From positions 608,001 to 672,000 of the forward strand of contig CAXXLL010000003.1 in NCBI GenBank assembly GCA_963662545.2: a stretch of 64,000 nt of DNA. Direction: 5' to 3'. Source of the DNA: Gammaproteobacteria bacterium. Its GTDB lineage: Bacteria > Pseudomonadota > Gammaproteobacteria > Ga0077536. This document shows, one piece after another, positions 1 to 11,115 of this stretch. A program made the translations under genes and the position numbers. The notes beneath the pieces were generated by a model. It saw only the letters and a list, made by a program, of their open reading frames with translations, was not told the DNA's origin and made no database searches. Position 1 is the first letter of the stretch. Every line of letters begins with the position of its first letter.

Positions 1-143
1 GATCGGTACCCGGCAGGTGTAATTGGTTTTATGTTTGCGAGGGCCGGCGTCGGCGTGACGGCGGGTGCCCGGCCGTTATATCAACTGCCCCCTGGAGCGT
101 CAAGCAAGCACGGCCCGGGGGTCCTAAGGTTGTGAAATGACTC

Positions 144-2552
144 TCAGTGATGGCGACGAACGTCCGAATCTTCTTCCTGGTCGGAGCTGTCGCCGGCAAC
201 TGATCCGTCGTCGGCTTCGTCCGCCGGTAAGGGTTCAGGCATCCGGTGTAACGCGATTGCTAACACTTCGTCAATCCATCTCACGGGTGTGATTTCGAGG
301 CCCTGTTTGATATTGCTTGGAATTTCCTTGAGCTCACGTTCGTTTTCCTGCGGAATCACGACCTGCTTGATCCCGCCGCGCAACGCCGCCAGCAATTTCT
401 CCTTGAGGCCGCCTATCGGAAGTATTTCCCCTCGCAGGGTGATCTCGCCGGTCATTGCGACGTCCGCCCTGACCGGAATCCGAGATAGCGCCGACACCAA
501 GGCCGTACACATTCCGACCCCGGCGCTCGGTCCGTCCTTCGGTGTTGCGCCTTCCGGCACATGAAAATGGACGTCATTGTTCTGGTAGAAACTCGGCTTG
601 ATTCCAAGCGACGGCGCACGGGCTCTGACGACGGTCATTGCGGCCTTGATCGATTCCTGCATCACGTCGCCGAGGCGGCCCGTGTAAATCTCCTTGCCTT
701 TACCCCGCACGACGACTGCTTCAATCGTCAAAAGGTCACCGCCGGTCTCCGTCCATGCGAGACCGGTGACCTGTCCGACGCGATCTTCCGATTCGGCCAA
801 TCCGTAGCGTAACCGCCTGACACCCAGGTACTTTTCGAGCGATTTCGGCGTTATCCTCGCGGTTTTATCAGTTGGTTTCTGCAGGATACTCTTGACGACC
901 TTGCGGCAGATGGTCGCGATTTCGCGCTCCAGATTTCGCACCCCGGCTTCGCGCGTGTAGTAGCGCACGATATCGCGGATGGATGATTCGAAAATCTTGA
1001 TTTCCTCTTTCTTGAGTCCATTGTTTTCGAGCTGTTTCGGGATGAGATATTTCCGTGCGATGTTAACCTTCTCGTCCTCGGTGTAACCGGAGATCCGAAT
1101 CACCTCCATGCGGTCGAGCAACGGCGCCGGAATGTTGAGGGTGTTTGCCGTTGTCACGAACATGACCTCCGATAAGTCGTAGTCGACTTCGAGGTAATGA
1201 TCGTTGAATGTGTGGTTCTGCTCCGGATCGAGTACCTCGAGCAATGCGGACGCCGGATCTCCGCGGAAATCCATCGCCATCTTGTCCACTTCATCGAGCA
1301 GGTACAGCGGATTACGCGTGCCGATCTTGGACATGTTCTGCAGTATTTTGCCGGGCAGCGATCCGACATAGGTCCGTCGATGCCCGCGGATTTCGGCCTC
1401 GTCACGCACGCCGCCCAAGGACATGCGTACGAATTTCCGGTTTGTTGCGCGCGCTATTGACCGCCCCAGCGACGTCTTGCCGACGCCCGGTGGTCCCACG
1501 AGACACAAGATCGGACCTTTCATTTTCTTGACACGCTGTTGCACAGCCAGATACTCGACGATGCGCTCCTTGACCTTTTCGAGGCCATAGTGATCTTCTT
1601 CCAGAATATCCTCCGCGCGATTCAAATCGCGACCGATCTTCGATCGCTTTTTCCACGGAACGGAAAGAATCCAATCGATGTAATTGCGCACAACTGTCGC
1701 TTCCGCTGACATCGGTGACATCATGCGTAGCTTTTTCAACTCGTTTTCCGCTTTCTCGCGGGCCTCTTTCGTCATACCCGCTTTCGCGATTCTGGCCGCC
1801 AGTTCATCAAACTCGTTGGCGCCGTCCTCCATTTCGCCGAGTTCGTTTTGGATCGCCTTCATTTGCTCGTTCAGGTAGTACTCACGCTGGCTCTTTTCCA
1901 TTTGCTTCTTGACCCGCCCGCGCAGGCGCTTCTCGACGCTCAACAGGTCGATCTCGGATTCCATCAATATGATCAGATGCTGCAGCCGCTCGCGCAGGTC
2001 GACGATTTCGAGGATTTCCTGCTTGTCCTGAATCTTGATCGCCATGTGCGCCGCAATCGTGTCGGCGAGGCGCGAAGGATCGTCAATGCTCGACAGCGAA
2101 GATATGATTTCCGGCGGCACCTTTTTGTTGAGCTTCACGTACTGATCGAACTGCGTCATCAGTGACCGGCTCAACACTTCGGCTTCCCGGCCTGTCACTT
2201 CCTCCGCCTCTATCTGCTCCACTCGCGCAGCGAACAATTCCTCCGTCTCGACGAATTCTATGATGCGAGCACGATGAACGCCCTCCACGAGAACCTTGAT
2301 TGTTCCGTCCGGGAGCTTCAAAAGCTGAAGGATATTCGACACGGTTCCGACTTCGTGAATGTCGGACGTATCGGGGTTGTCATCGCCTGCGGTCTTTTGT
2401 GCAACCAGGAGAATCTGCTTGGAGTTCTCCATCGCCTGTTCGAGTGCGCGAATAGATTTATCCCGGCCGACGAAAAGCGGGATTACCATGTGCGGATAAA
2501 TGACGACGTCGCGCAAGGGTAGTAAGGCGAGGACGTTGGTCGATTCATTCAT
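144..2552 (-). CDS. lon: ATP-dependent protease La (Lon)
   Basis: 802 aa; N-domain LPLRDVV, Walker [10 protein letters not shown], catalytic PKDGPSAG; downstream of clpX. Confidence 0.99.
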   Translation of the reverse strand: MNESTNVLALLPLRDVVIYPHMVIPLFVGRDKSIRALEQAMENSKQILLVAQKTAGDDNPDTSDIHEVGTVSNILQLLKLPDGTIKVLVEGVHRARIIEFVETEELFAARVEQIEAEEVTGREAEVLSRSLMTQFDQYVKLNKKVPPEIISSLSSIDDPSRLADTIAAHMAIKIQDKQEILEIVDLRERLQHLIILMESEIDLLSVEKRLRGRVKKQMEKSQREYYLNEQMKAIQNELGEMEDGANEFDELAARIAKAGMTKEAREKAENELKKLRMMSPMSAEATVVRNYIDWILSVPWKKRSKIGRDLNRAEDILEEDHYGLEKVKERIVEYLAVQQRVKKMKGPILCLVGPPGVGKTSLGRSIARATNRKFVRMSLGGVRDEAEIRGHRRTYVGSLPGKILQNMSKIGTRNPLYLLDEVDKMAMDFRGDPASALLEVLDPEQNHTFNDHYLEVDYDLSEVMFVTTANTLNIPAPLLDRMEVIRISGYTEDEKVNIARKYLIPKQLENNGLKKEEIKIFESSIRDIVRYYTREAGVRNLEREIATICRKVVKSILQKPTDKTARITPKSLEKYLGVRRLRYGLAESEDRVGQVTGLAWTETGGDLLTIEAVVVRGKGKEIYTGRLGDVMQESIKAAMTVVRARAPSLGIKPSFYQNNDVHFHVPEGATPKDGPSAGVGMCTALVSALSRIPVRADVAMTGEITLRGEILPIGGLKEKLLAALRGGIKQVVIPQENERELKEIPSNIKQGLEITPVRWIDEVLAIALHRMPEPLPADEADDGSVAGDSSDQEEDSDVRRHH

Positions 2553-2758
2553 GAACCAATGCTCCTGAAATCTGCGGGCGAACCGGCCCGATTGACAGCC
2601 TGGTGAAAAATGTCTCCAAGACGTGTATCACTAACATGTTAGAGCCCGAAAACAGGTGAAGATTCAGATGTGGCCGCTTGAAATCACCCTTCGTATGGGT
2701 GCTGGCTTCGAGCTGGGGTTAATCAACGCTATTCATGCCGTTGAAAAGACGGCCAGAA

Positions 2759-4036
2759 TTAATCCGGAGCCGCCTTCGGGATGCCTACGCTTTCGTACAT
2801 GACAAGAGGTTTCGAATCCCCCGTGATGGCGCCTTCGTCCACCACCACCTTGGTGGCGTTATCCAGCGACGGCAATTCGTACATCATATCGAGCAGACTC
2901 TGCTCGAGGATTGATCGCAGGCCGCGTGCACCGGTTTTCCGCTCGACCGCTCTTACGGCGACCGCGCGCAGGGCGTCCTCACGAAACTCAAGCTCGCAGG
3001 ACTCCATTTCGAACAGCTTCGCGTACTGCTTGGTCAAGGCGTTCTTTGGTTCGACCAGGATCTGTACGAGCTGCTCCTCGTCCAGTTCGTCGAGCACCGC
3101 GAGCACGGGTAAGCGGCCGACGAATTCTGGAATCAAACCGTATTTGATCAAGTCTTCGGGCTCGACCTGATGCAGGAGTTCACCCAGGGTTTTCTTATCG
3201 TCCTTGCTCTTGACCTCGGCGGAAAATCCGATGCCACCCTTCTCCGACCGCTCGCGGATGATCTTTTCGAGACCCGCAAAGGCGCCGCCGCAGACGAACA
3301 GTATGTTGGTCGTGTCCACCTGCAGGAATTCCTGTTGCGGATGCTTGCGGCCACCCTGCGGCGGCACGGAGGCAACGGTTCCTTCAATCAACTTCAGCAG
3401 CGCCTGCTGCACGCCTTCGCCGGAAACGTCCCGCGTGATCGACGGGTTATCCGACTTCCGGGAAATTTTATCGATTTCGTCGATGTAAACGATGCCTGTT
3501 TGCGCTTTCTCGACGTCGTATTCGCATTTCTGCAGCAGCTTTTGAATGATGTTTTCGACGTCTTCGCCAACGTAACCAGCCTCGGTAAGAGTCGTCGCGT
3601 CGGCGATCGTGAACGGTACGTTCAACAGGCGCGCGAGCGTTTCCGCCAGCAATGTCTTGCCGCTGCCCGTCGGTCCGATCAGGAGCACATTACTCTTCGC
3701 GAGCTCCACGTCATTCTGCTTGACGCGGGTATCCAGGCGCTTGTAATGATTGTAGACCGCGACCGCAAGGATCTTTTTCGCCAGTTTCTGGCCGATCACG
3801 TATTCGTCGAGAATTTGGTTAATCTCTTCGGGGATCGGCAGTTTACTGCCGGCACCCCCGGGCGCTTTTTCCTGAATTTCCTCGCGAATGATGTCGTTGC
3901 ATAGTTCGACGCACTCATCGCAGATGAATACGGACGGTCCGGCGATAAGTTTGCGAACTTCGTGCTGACTCTTGCCGCAGAAAGAGCAATACAAAAGTCG
4001 ATCGCCATCGCCTTTGGAATTCTTGCTATCGCTCAT
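2759..4036 (-). CDS. clpX: Clp protease ATP-binding subunit ClpX
   Basis: Zn finger CSFC...CDEC, Walker [12 protein letters not shown] loop. Confidence 0.99.
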   Translation of the reverse strand: MSDSKNSKGDGDRLLYCSFCGKSQHEVRKLIAGPSVFICDECVELCNDIIREEIQEKAPGGAGSKLPIPEEINQILDEYVIGQKLAKKILAVAVYNHYKRLDTRVKQNDVELAKSNVLLIGPTGSGKTLLAETLARLLNVPFTIADATTLTEAGYVGEDVENIIQKLLQKCEYDVEKAQTGIVYIDEIDKISRKSDNPSITRDVSGEGVQQALLKLIEGTVASVPPQGGRKHPQQEFLQVDTTNILFVCGGAFAGLEKIIRERSEKGGIGFSAEVKSKDDKKTLGELLHQVEPEDLIKYGLIPEFVGRLPVLAVLDELDEEQLVQILVEPKNALTKQYAKLFEMESCELEFREDALRAVAVRAVERKTGARGLRSILEQSLLDMMYELPSLDNATKVVVDEGAITGDSKPLVMYESVGIPKAAPD

Positions 4037-4078
4037 TCAAGCTACCTCGAAGACTCTCAAAATCGTGCGCACTGCACG

Positions 4079-4732
4079 TTAAGCATCTCCACCGCCCGCG
4101 GTGTCGCGTTTCGTCAAAACCGCATCGATAATACCGTATTCCTGCGCTTCCTCGGCGCTCAAAAAATGATCGCGATCGGTATCGGTCGAGATCTTCTCCA
4201 ATGGCTGGCCGGTATGCTCGGCCAAAATTTCGTTCAAGCGATCGCGCGCCTTCAAAATTTCGCGCGCGTGAATATCGATGTCCGAGGCCTGCCCCTGAAA
4301 CCCGCCCAGCGGTTGATGAATCAGGACCCGCGAATGCCGCAGGCAGAAGCGCTTCTCTGGCGCGCCACCGGCCAGGAGCAGGGCTCCCATACTCGCCGCC
4401 TGGCCGATGCACATCGTACTTACCGGCGGCTTCACGAACTGCATCGTGTCGTAGACAGCGAGCCCGGCAGAAACTGAACCACCCGGTGAGTTGATGTAGA
4501 AATGGATGTCCTTGTCCGGGTTCTCGGATTCGAGATATAAAAGCTGTGCGACGATCAGGTTGGCGACGTAATCTTCGACCGGCCCGACGAGGAAAACGAC
4601 CCGCTCCTTGAGCAGGCGCGAATAGATATCGTAGGCGCGTTCGCCGCGGGCCGACTGTTCGACCACCATCGGCACGAGGTTCAACGCTCGCGGTCCAGCA
4701 CCCAGGGAATTTTCAGCTTGATCGATGGACAT
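4079..4732 (-). CDS. clpP: Clp protease proteolytic subunit ClpP
   Basis: LVPMVVEQ...DIYSRLL, YINSPGG, catalytic QAASMG and IHQP. Confidence 0.99.
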   Translation of the reverse strand: MSIDQAENSLGAGPRALNLVPMVVEQSARGERAYDIYSRLLKERVVFLVGPVEDYVANLIVAQLLYLESENPDKDIHFYINSPGGSVSAGLAVYDTMQFVKPPVSTMCIGQAASMGALLLAGGAPEKRFCLRHSRVLIHQPLGGFQGQASDIDIHAREILKARDRLNEILAEHTGQPLEKISTDTDRDHFLSAEEAQEYGIIDAVLTKRDTAGGGDA

Positions 4733-6066
4733 CAGGAGCCAGCCTTTGCCGTATTGTCAGTCTGCACCGGATCCATTAAAGCGTCAAACGAGATCCTTGT
4801 CTCAGTAAGTATCGCCCGCTCTGCGATCCAGTTCACAGCTTCTTCTTCCAGGCAGGTGCCTTCGACTTGCTGGAGCTGTTCCGCATTGTCGTAGTAGTAC
4901 TTAACGACCGCGGCCGGATCCTCGTAACTGGATGCCATTTTTTCTATCATTTCCCGCACCTTTTCGGGTGGCGCCTTGAGTTCAGCAGTTTTTATGATTT
5001 CGGCCATAATGAGGCCGAGCTTTACCCGATTTTCGGCGCGTTGCTTGATTGCGCCCTCCAATTCTTCGCCCGCTACGGCTGGATTTACCCCGCGCATCAT
5101 GAATTCCTGCGCCATCTGCTGAGCCAGGCGTTGCGATTCGCCTTTGACGAGGCTGGCGGGAACGTCGACATCGTTGGCGGCGCTGATCCTTTCCAACACC
5201 TCGTTGGTGAGGCGCTGGCGCAGGGCGCGCTCGCGCTCTTTCTCCATGTTTTCACGCACTTCTGCCCGAAATTTTCCCATATCACCATCTTTGGCGCCGA
5301 ATTTTTCCATAAAAGCACCGTTTACCTCGGGTAATACCGGTTCCGACACCTTGTTTACCGTGACTTCAAACTTGACGGCTTTGCCGGCCAGGTCCTCGTT
5401 GCGGTATTCCTCGGGAAATCGGAGGTCCATTCCGACCTGTTCGCCGGCCGATTTTCCGGTCAATTGGGCTTCGAAACCCTCGATCATCGTTCCGGTTCCC
5501 AACATCAGATCGAAGCCGTCTCCAGTGCCGCCATCGAAGGATTCGCCATCGACCATCCCCTCAAAATTGATATTCAACTGATCCCCTTCCTGCGACGGCC
5601 GCTCGACGGCCAGCCATTCCCGGTTCTGTTCGCGCAGTCTTTCGATCATCGCATCGACGTCTTTCTCGTCGATTTCGCAGTTGTATTTTTCGATTTCAAG
5701 TTGCTCGACGGGTGCCAGATCGATCTCCGGGTATACCTCGAAAGTCGCGGTATAGGTCAATCCCTTGCCCGGTGCGCTCGATACCGGATCGATAACCGGC
5801 TGTCCGGCGGGTTTGAGATCCTCGGACGTGATCGCCTCGGCGATCGTACTCTGCAATATTTCGCCGACGATCTCGGCACGTACCCGCTCACCGAATCGTT
5901 GCCGGACTACTTTCAGGGGGGCTTTGCCCTGGCGAAAACCATCGATGCGAACAGATTTGCGCAGGTTCTGCAGACGCGAATCGATTTGTTCTTCGATTCG
6001 TTCTTCGGGAACCTCGACAGTCACGCGCCGTTCGAGAGTGCTCGATTTTTCTACGGATATTTGCAT
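4732..6066 (-). CDS. tig: Trigger factor
   Basis: Ribosome-binding GFRQGKAP motif, FKBP domain; canonical tig-clpP-clpX-lon order. Confidence 0.98.
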   Translation of the reverse strand: MQISVEKSSTLERRVTVEVPEERIEEQIDSRLQNLRKSVRIDGFRQGKAPLKVVRQRFGERVRAEIVGEILQSTIAEAITSEDLKPAGQPVIDPVSSAPGKGLTYTATFEVYPEIDLAPVEQLEIEKYNCEIDEKDVDAMIERLREQNREWLAVERPSQEGDQLNINFEGMVDGESFDGGTGDGFDLMLGTGTMIEGFEAQLTGKSAGEQVGMDLRFPEEYRNEDLAGKAVKFEVTVNKVSEPVLPEVNGAFMEKFGAKDGDMGKFRAEVRENMEKERERALRQRLTNEVLERISAANDVDVPASLVKGESQRLAQQMAQEFMMRGVNPAVAGEELEGAIKQRAENRVKLGLIMAEIIKTAELKAPPEKVREMIEKMASSYEDPAAVVKYYYDNAEQLQQVEGTCLEEEAVNWIAERAILTETRISFDALMDPVQTDNTAKAGS

Positions 6067-6149
6067 TTAGAGGAAACGATCAGTCAGCGTAACCGATGTC
6101 GGTACCGGGACGGCCAGATCACCGTGCGATTCACGTATAAGTTGCGAGA

Positions 6150-6235
<86 letters not shown>

Positions 6236-6490
6236 CGTCATAAATCATCTCTCGGGAGTCGACGAGTTGCCCGTGTGGATCCGCAGACACTTTCGCCGGA
6301 TAGGTCCGCCCGAACACCACTGCGTTCGAATCTGGCCGGCCGCCGCGGCGATCGCCGTCGCGCGGTATTATAGGTCCAGCCATAGCGACTTCATACCCCT
6401 GTAAATACAGGGATTTCAGGCATCTGGTGCTATACTTTCCACAGTTTTCAAGGTGATCCGCAGACCGTGAATTCGCAGGAGGAATGCAGG

Positions 6491-6943
6491 ATGCGAAAAA
6501 GACTCGCCGGGTGCTTGTGGCTGGCCCTGGGATTGACAGTCTCGGTCGAGGCGGCCGTCACGGTCATCGAATGCGTCGACGCGAGCGGAAATTCGTCGTT
6601 CGCGGACAAATGCCCGCCGGGCACCACCAAGAAAGGTGAAGTGAAGATCCGGGGCTTCGGCGGAAGCGACGAGGCGAGTCTCGATGAAATCGCCGCCGCG
6701 AACCCCATTACGTTTTACTCCGTTCCGGACTGCGACGCCTGCGATCTCGTGCGTAATCTCCTGACCACGCGAAACCTGCCATTCATCGAAAAGGACGTGC
6801 AGGACAATGCGGAAATGCAGGAGGAGCTCAAGGCCGTGACCGGCGGGCTCACGGTACCGGCGACCAAGATAGGCGCGAATATATCCACCGGATATAGCCG
6901 CAGCGCGATCGACAACGCACTTGAGCAGGCGGGCTACCCGTAA
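6491..6943 (+). CDS. Exported glutaredoxin-domain protein with DUF4124-like N-terminus
   Basis: Signal peptide, CVDASGNSSFADKCPP segment, then CDAC and TVP glutaredoxin motifs; start at ATG 6491 inferred. Confidence 0.75.
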   Translation: MRKRLAGCLWLALGLTVSVEAAVTVIECVDASGNSSFADKCPPGTTKKGEVKIRGFGGSDEASLDEIAAANPITFYSVPDCDACDLVRNLLTTRNLPFIEKDVQDNAEMQEELKAVTGGLTVPATKIGANISTGYSRSAIDNALEQAGYP

Positions 6944-6985
6944 CCCGCCGATTGACGGGCTGAGGCGTGAGTCTGGAACGCACCG

Positions 6986-7423
6986 GTGTACGATTCTTCG
7001 ATCGAAGCCGAGAACGCTTTTTACGACGCATTCCGCGCAGCCGACATAGAAGCGATGATGCAGGTGTGGGCCGTCAGCTTCGACGTCGTTTGCGTGCATC
7101 CGTCCGGCCCACGCCTGGAAGGCGTGCCCGAAATCCGCAAGAGTTGGGAACTCATATTCAAGGATGGCATGCGGCGCGACTTCAAGATACGCTGCCGGCG
7201 CATCGTCGGAGCCGATGATTACCGTATACACCTCCTGGAGGAGAACATCACCGTATCCGGCACCCCGCTCGTTTCGCCACCGGTGTTAGCGACCAACGTC
7301 TATCAGCAAATGCAGGGCGGCTGGTACATGGTTCTGCATCATGCCAGCGTTTCGCCGGCCCCACTCCCACTAGAGGAAGACGAACCAAGCGACCAGAACA
7401 ATGGTCCTCCAATGCTGCATTGA
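6986..7423 (+). CDS. SnoaL-like / NTF2-family protein
   Basis: AENAFYDAF...VCVHP...ATNVY...HHAS pattern. Confidence 0.8.
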   Translation: MYDSSIEAENAFYDAFRAADIEAMMQVWAVSFDVVCVHPSGPRLEGVPEIRKSWELIFKDGMRRDFKIRCRRIVGADDYRIHLLEENITVSGTPLVSPPVLATNVYQQMQGGWYMVLHHASVSPAPLPLEEDEPSDQNNGPPMLH

Positions 7424-7616
7424 CACCGCGTTCTAACCCATAATGCAGACAATGATGTAGCCAGGCGTTACGTGCGCCCGGTATCGCGATTCGGATCAGC
7501 GCGTACTCATGCGACCCCGGCAAAGCCCCCGAAGCTTCCAATTTATCAGGCTTTCACTAAAGAAATGGCACCCCGGCGCCGATTGATTCACTCAGGCGTA
7601 TTCCGGCGACATCCCT

Positions 7617-9386
7617 TTGGGCACCCCAAATAGAGCTTTGATCCTGCCTGAGACCATCGGGCGCTATTCAATCGAACGGCTCCTGGGCAAAGGCGGTCAG
7701 GGCATCGTATTGCTGGCGCGTGACCGGGAACTCGACAGACAGGTCGCCGTCAAGTTGCTCAAACCGAACGAATCCCACGAAGACGGAACGCTCGTGCGTG
7801 AGGCCCGCATCGTCAGCGGCCTGCAGCATCCCAATATCGTGACCTTGCACGATGTCGGCATCTACAACGGGATGCAATACCTCGTGTTTGAATATATCGA
7901 CGGCGAATCGCTCGAGTCCCGCCTTCGAACCAGCGGCAATTTCACGCTTGCCGAAAGCGTGATCATGATGAGTCAGATCCTCGCGGGTGTTGCCTACCTG
8001 CACGAAAACGATATTGTCCACCGCGATCTTAGCCCGCCCAATATTATGATCAGCAAAAACGGCATACCGAAAGTTACCGATTTCGGGCTATCGGTGCTCA
8101 CACATCAGTTACGCCGGCCAGGCGCTGGCGTTAGCGGCACCCTGCGTTATATGTCTCCCGAACCGTTCAAGGAGCAACCGTTGGGACCACATTCCGACGT
8201 CTTTACAATGGCGAGTGTATTCTTCGAAATGCTCACCGGTACGCGCTTATTCGACGCGGCAACACCCGACGAGGTCATCCGGGCGATTACCGAGGGTGAA
8301 CCGATTGATGTAAGAGGCCACGCAGTCGAGGTCTCATCGATCGTCGCACGCGTACTGGAATGCGCCTCGGCGCGCGAGGTAGCGGACCGTTATCCGCACG
8401 CGCGTGCCATGAAGAACGCGCTCGACGAATACCGGCTTCCGCGTGACGGTGCGTCCGGCAATCACAGTACGGTCGATTTCCTATTGCGCCGCATGTCCCA
8501 CAAACAAGGATTCTCCTCGCTATCACAGCACATTGCGGAGGTGCTCAAGATCACCTCTGACGATTCCGTTGCGCCCGCGAACCGACTGGTCAATATCATT
8601 GCCAAGGACATCACCCTAACCCAGCGAATACTCACCATGGCCAATTCGGCTTATTACGGAAATGCGGAGATCAATGCGCTTGGGCGCGCCGTGGTGCTGC
8701 TTGGCGTCGACCAGGTGCGCATGTGCATCACCAGCGCGCTGCTCGAAAACGAGTTCGAACTCGGTTCTGCCGCGCTGCGCGAAGCGATGCTGAAATCGTT
8801 CCACAGCGCCATATTCGCCAAGGAAATCGCAGGTTCCTGCGAAATCCGCAATAGCGCGGATGCCTTTACCTGCGCCATGTTTCACGATCTCGGGCGCACC
8901 CTCACCATTCACTACCTGGCCGATGAGTTCAACGCCATCTTGGCATCCAGCCGGCGCACGCACAACGATGAGTTGACCGAATCGCGGGAAGTGCTGGGCG
9001 TTCCCTACCACGAAATTGGCATCGCGGTCGGCACGCACTGGAAGTTCGCCAATACCATCATCGCGTCCATGCGCCCCCTGCCACGCGGCATGCTGGAAAA
9101 GCTGGAGTCGCTTGACGAAAGACTGCCGACCTGCGCGGCCTACGCCAATGCCGTCAGTCGTACAGTGATGGATTACGAGGAACCTGAAACGCGTGATATC
9201 GCACTCGAACACCTGAACGAACGGGTCGTTTGCGCGCTCTCGCCCGCAGCCGACGATTTCAGCTCTGCACTCGTGCAGGCGTCCATCCTGACCGCGCAGT
9301 ACGCACGGTTGATCAAGATCAAGCTGGAGGACAGCGAAGCTGCCCAGCGCCTGCTCGCCTTCACGCCTCTGGCAGGCGCGGCCTGA
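7617..9386 (+). CDS. Ser/Thr protein kinase fused to HDOD domain
   Basis: GKGGQG, VAVK, HRDLSPPN, DFG; C-terminal D...ANSAYY...AVVLLG...HDLG...W HDOD pattern. Confidence 0.9.
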   Translation: MGTPNRALILPETIGRYSIERLLGKGGQGIVLLARDRELDRQVAVKLLKPNESHEDGTLVREARIVSGLQHPNIVTLHDVGIYNGMQYLVFEYIDGESLESRLRTSGNFTLAESVIMMSQILAGVAYLHENDIVHRDLSPPNIMISKNGIPKVTDFGLSVLTHQLRRPGAGVSGTLRYMSPEPFKEQPLGPHSDVFTMASVFFEMLTGTRLFDAATPDEVIRAITEGEPIDVRGHAVEVSSIVARVLECASAREVADRYPHARAMKNALDEYRLPRDGASGNHSTVDFLLRRMSHKQGFSSLSQHIAEVLKITSDDSVAPANRLVNIIAKDITLTQRILTMANSAYYGNAEINALGRAVVLLGVDQVRMCITSALLENEFELGSAALREAMLKSFHSAIFAKEIAGSCEIRNSADAFTCAMFHDLGRTLTIHYLADEFNAILASSRRTHNDELTESREVLGVPYHEIGIAVGTHWKFANTIIASMRPLPRGMLEKLESLDERLPTCAAYANAVSRTVMDYEEPETRDIALEHLNERVVCALSPAADDFSSALVQASILTAQYARLIKIKLEDSEAAQRLLAFTPLAGAA

Positions 9387-9634
9387 AGGGGTGTTTCGCA
9401 TAGGACCGCTGACGGCTACAGCGGAAGAGCTTAATCGCCGGTCCTCGTGCGGCGATGCGGTGACATCGAGCGGCTCGCGCCCGCCCGGCAGCCTAAGCCA
9501 CGGCACCCGCGATCAGTCCCCGGAGCCGCGATCAAGTGGCCTGGCTTGCAATGAAACAATTCCTTGCAATTAGTGCTTTTAAGGGGGACTAATCTATAGT
9601 CTAAATATTACCAGGCATGCGATGGGGGCGAGTG

Positions 9635-10369
9635 ATGGCAGAAACCATAGCGAACGATGATCGGCGGTCCGTCTACCGGGTCAAGCCGATATCAAGCGAA
9701 GAACTGAATTTTTCGGTTCTTGGCGAACGTCATCAAATGATTCGCGGCGAGGTTACCGACGTCGCTATCACTGGCGCGCGCGTCCGCTTCGATATAGACA
9801 ACGCGCCCAAACTGGCCAGCGGAGATCACGTCGTGATGGCGTTCGCTTCACCGCTGCATCAATACGACACGAACGTGTTAGCAAAGGTTATTTCGACGTC
9901 GGAAGATTTAAAAGAAAAAGTCGTTCAGGTTTCTTTCGACGAAGATTACGAACCTCTGAAGATCGATCGTGACGAACTCTTCGCGTTATTTAATCGTCGT
10001 GCCATGCAGCGCGGCGCGGCAGACAGTGCGAAAGAAGATTTCATCGCGAAAGTATCGCCGGGCAGCGGCGGTGAGGTACAACTCAACCAATATGAGGCTT
10101 CGATCCTGAATATATCCACCACCGGTGTAAGCTTCACTATCAACGACGAAGTGCACAAGGTCCTCGAGGATCACTCGGATATTCGCATCGAGCTCAAGCG
10201 TCCGGACAACGGCAGCACCAGTACGATCGCTTGCAGCGTACGTCATCGCTCGCAGTTCGGGGACGGCTTCATCTACGGCTGCGAGTACGATTGGAGCGCA
10301 ACTACCGATCCGCTCGCCGTGGTCGAGGACCTCGTTTCATATTTGTTCGGACTCACCGAACAAAACTAG
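9635..10369 (+). CDS. Tandem PilZ-domain protein
   Basis: RRSVYR...DVAITG and RRAMQR...NISTTG (RxxxR plus D/NxSxxG-like) twice; start could be 9617. Confidence 0.7.
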   Translation: MAETIANDDRRSVYRVKPISSEELNFSVLGERHQMIRGEVTDVAITGARVRFDIDNAPKLASGDHVVMAFASPLHQYDTNVLAKVISTSEDLKEKVVQVSFDEDYEPLKIDRDELFALFNRRAMQRGAADSAKEDFIAKVSPGSGGEVQLNQYEASILNISTTGVSFTINDEVHKVLEDHSDIRIELKRPDNGSTSTIACSVRHRSQFGDGFIYGCEYDWSATTDPLAVVEDLVSYLFGLTEQN

Positions 10370-10542
10370 AAGCACGAGATCGGCGGCCTCGCTGCAGGCG
10401 TCGAACAGCAACATCTTACGTTGAGAGCGTGCCTGCTTCGCCGAAGCACTTGGATATAGCGCCAATAAAGCCGTTGCTCTGCGCTTCGCAAGCGCACGCT
10501 CATCTACAACACGCGTGCGAATAATTTTGATATAGGCTCTAA

Positions 10543-10703
10543 CAGGTTGGTGAAAAACGTCTTCCTGACATTTTTCACCTCGCTACAACGAAAAGGCAGT
10601 TTCCGATGCGCTCCATCCATCAAGAACTTGACCGCGAGATGGATGCCGGTACATCCCTGTACCGGACACAAGCTGACGAAAAACCGAGTTTTTCACCACC
10701 CTG
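10543..10703. mobile_element. MITE family A (161 bp, IS5-like ends)
   Basis: TIR CAGGTTGGTGAAAAAC / GTTTTTCACCACCCTG (15/16 match), CTAA direct repeat on both sides; internal hairpin CCGGTACA-TCCC-TGTACCGG. Confidence 0.85.
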
Positions 10704-10734
10704 CTAAGGAACCGCTGAAGATCGAGGACAGTAA

Positions 10735-10890
10735 GTGTCATTCTGGATTGCGGCTTGGGTATTTCTGTTTGCTTTCGTTGCCTGCCTGGCTTCGATTTTC
10801 GGTGCGGAAAGGTGGCGTGATAATCTGCCTTTCGCGTTGGCTATGGCCGCTGTCATGGCGGCCGCCGCGCTCATCATTATGGAGACTTAA
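10735..10890 (+). CDS. Small two-TM membrane protein (51 aa), absent from the ORF track
   Basis: GAGG SD then GTG; MSFWIAAWVFLFAFVACLASIFGAERWRDNLPFALAMAAVMAAAALIIMET*. Confidence 0.6.
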   Translation: MSFWIAAWVFLFAFVACLASIFGAERWRDNLPFALAMAAVMAAAALIIMET

Positions 10891-11052
10891 GGAACCTCTG
10901 AATAAGTTAGGGCACACCTGCCGTGCGCCTGAAATCGCGGAGCTTTACGTTACGAAGCTTGCCCATAGTCCCCGCTATGGCCGGCGATTCGTGCCTTGAT
11001 CCGCGCGACTTCATGCACCATTCAGACGCACCTTAACTTATTCAGAGGTTCC
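10891..11052. mobile_element. MITE family B, copy 1 (162 bp)
   Basis: Perfect 19-bp TIR GGAACCTCTGAATAAGTTA, TTAA direct repeats at 10887-10890 and 11053-11056; homologous copy at 49789-49951. Confidence 0.9.
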
Positions 11053-11115
11053 TTAATTCGGACGTGATGTGCGCCGAAGAAATTGATCTATCGTTTCGAC
11101 ACAGGAGAAAACCCT

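Noticed and set aside
2620-2758. Sigma-32 promoter for lon
   Set aside because: CCCATA and CCACAT candidates exist, but I found no correctly spaced TTGAA -35 on the minus strand.
10547-10999. 150-aa ORF in the track
   Set aside because: It runs through two MITEs and overlaps a better-supported 51-aa ORF in another frame.
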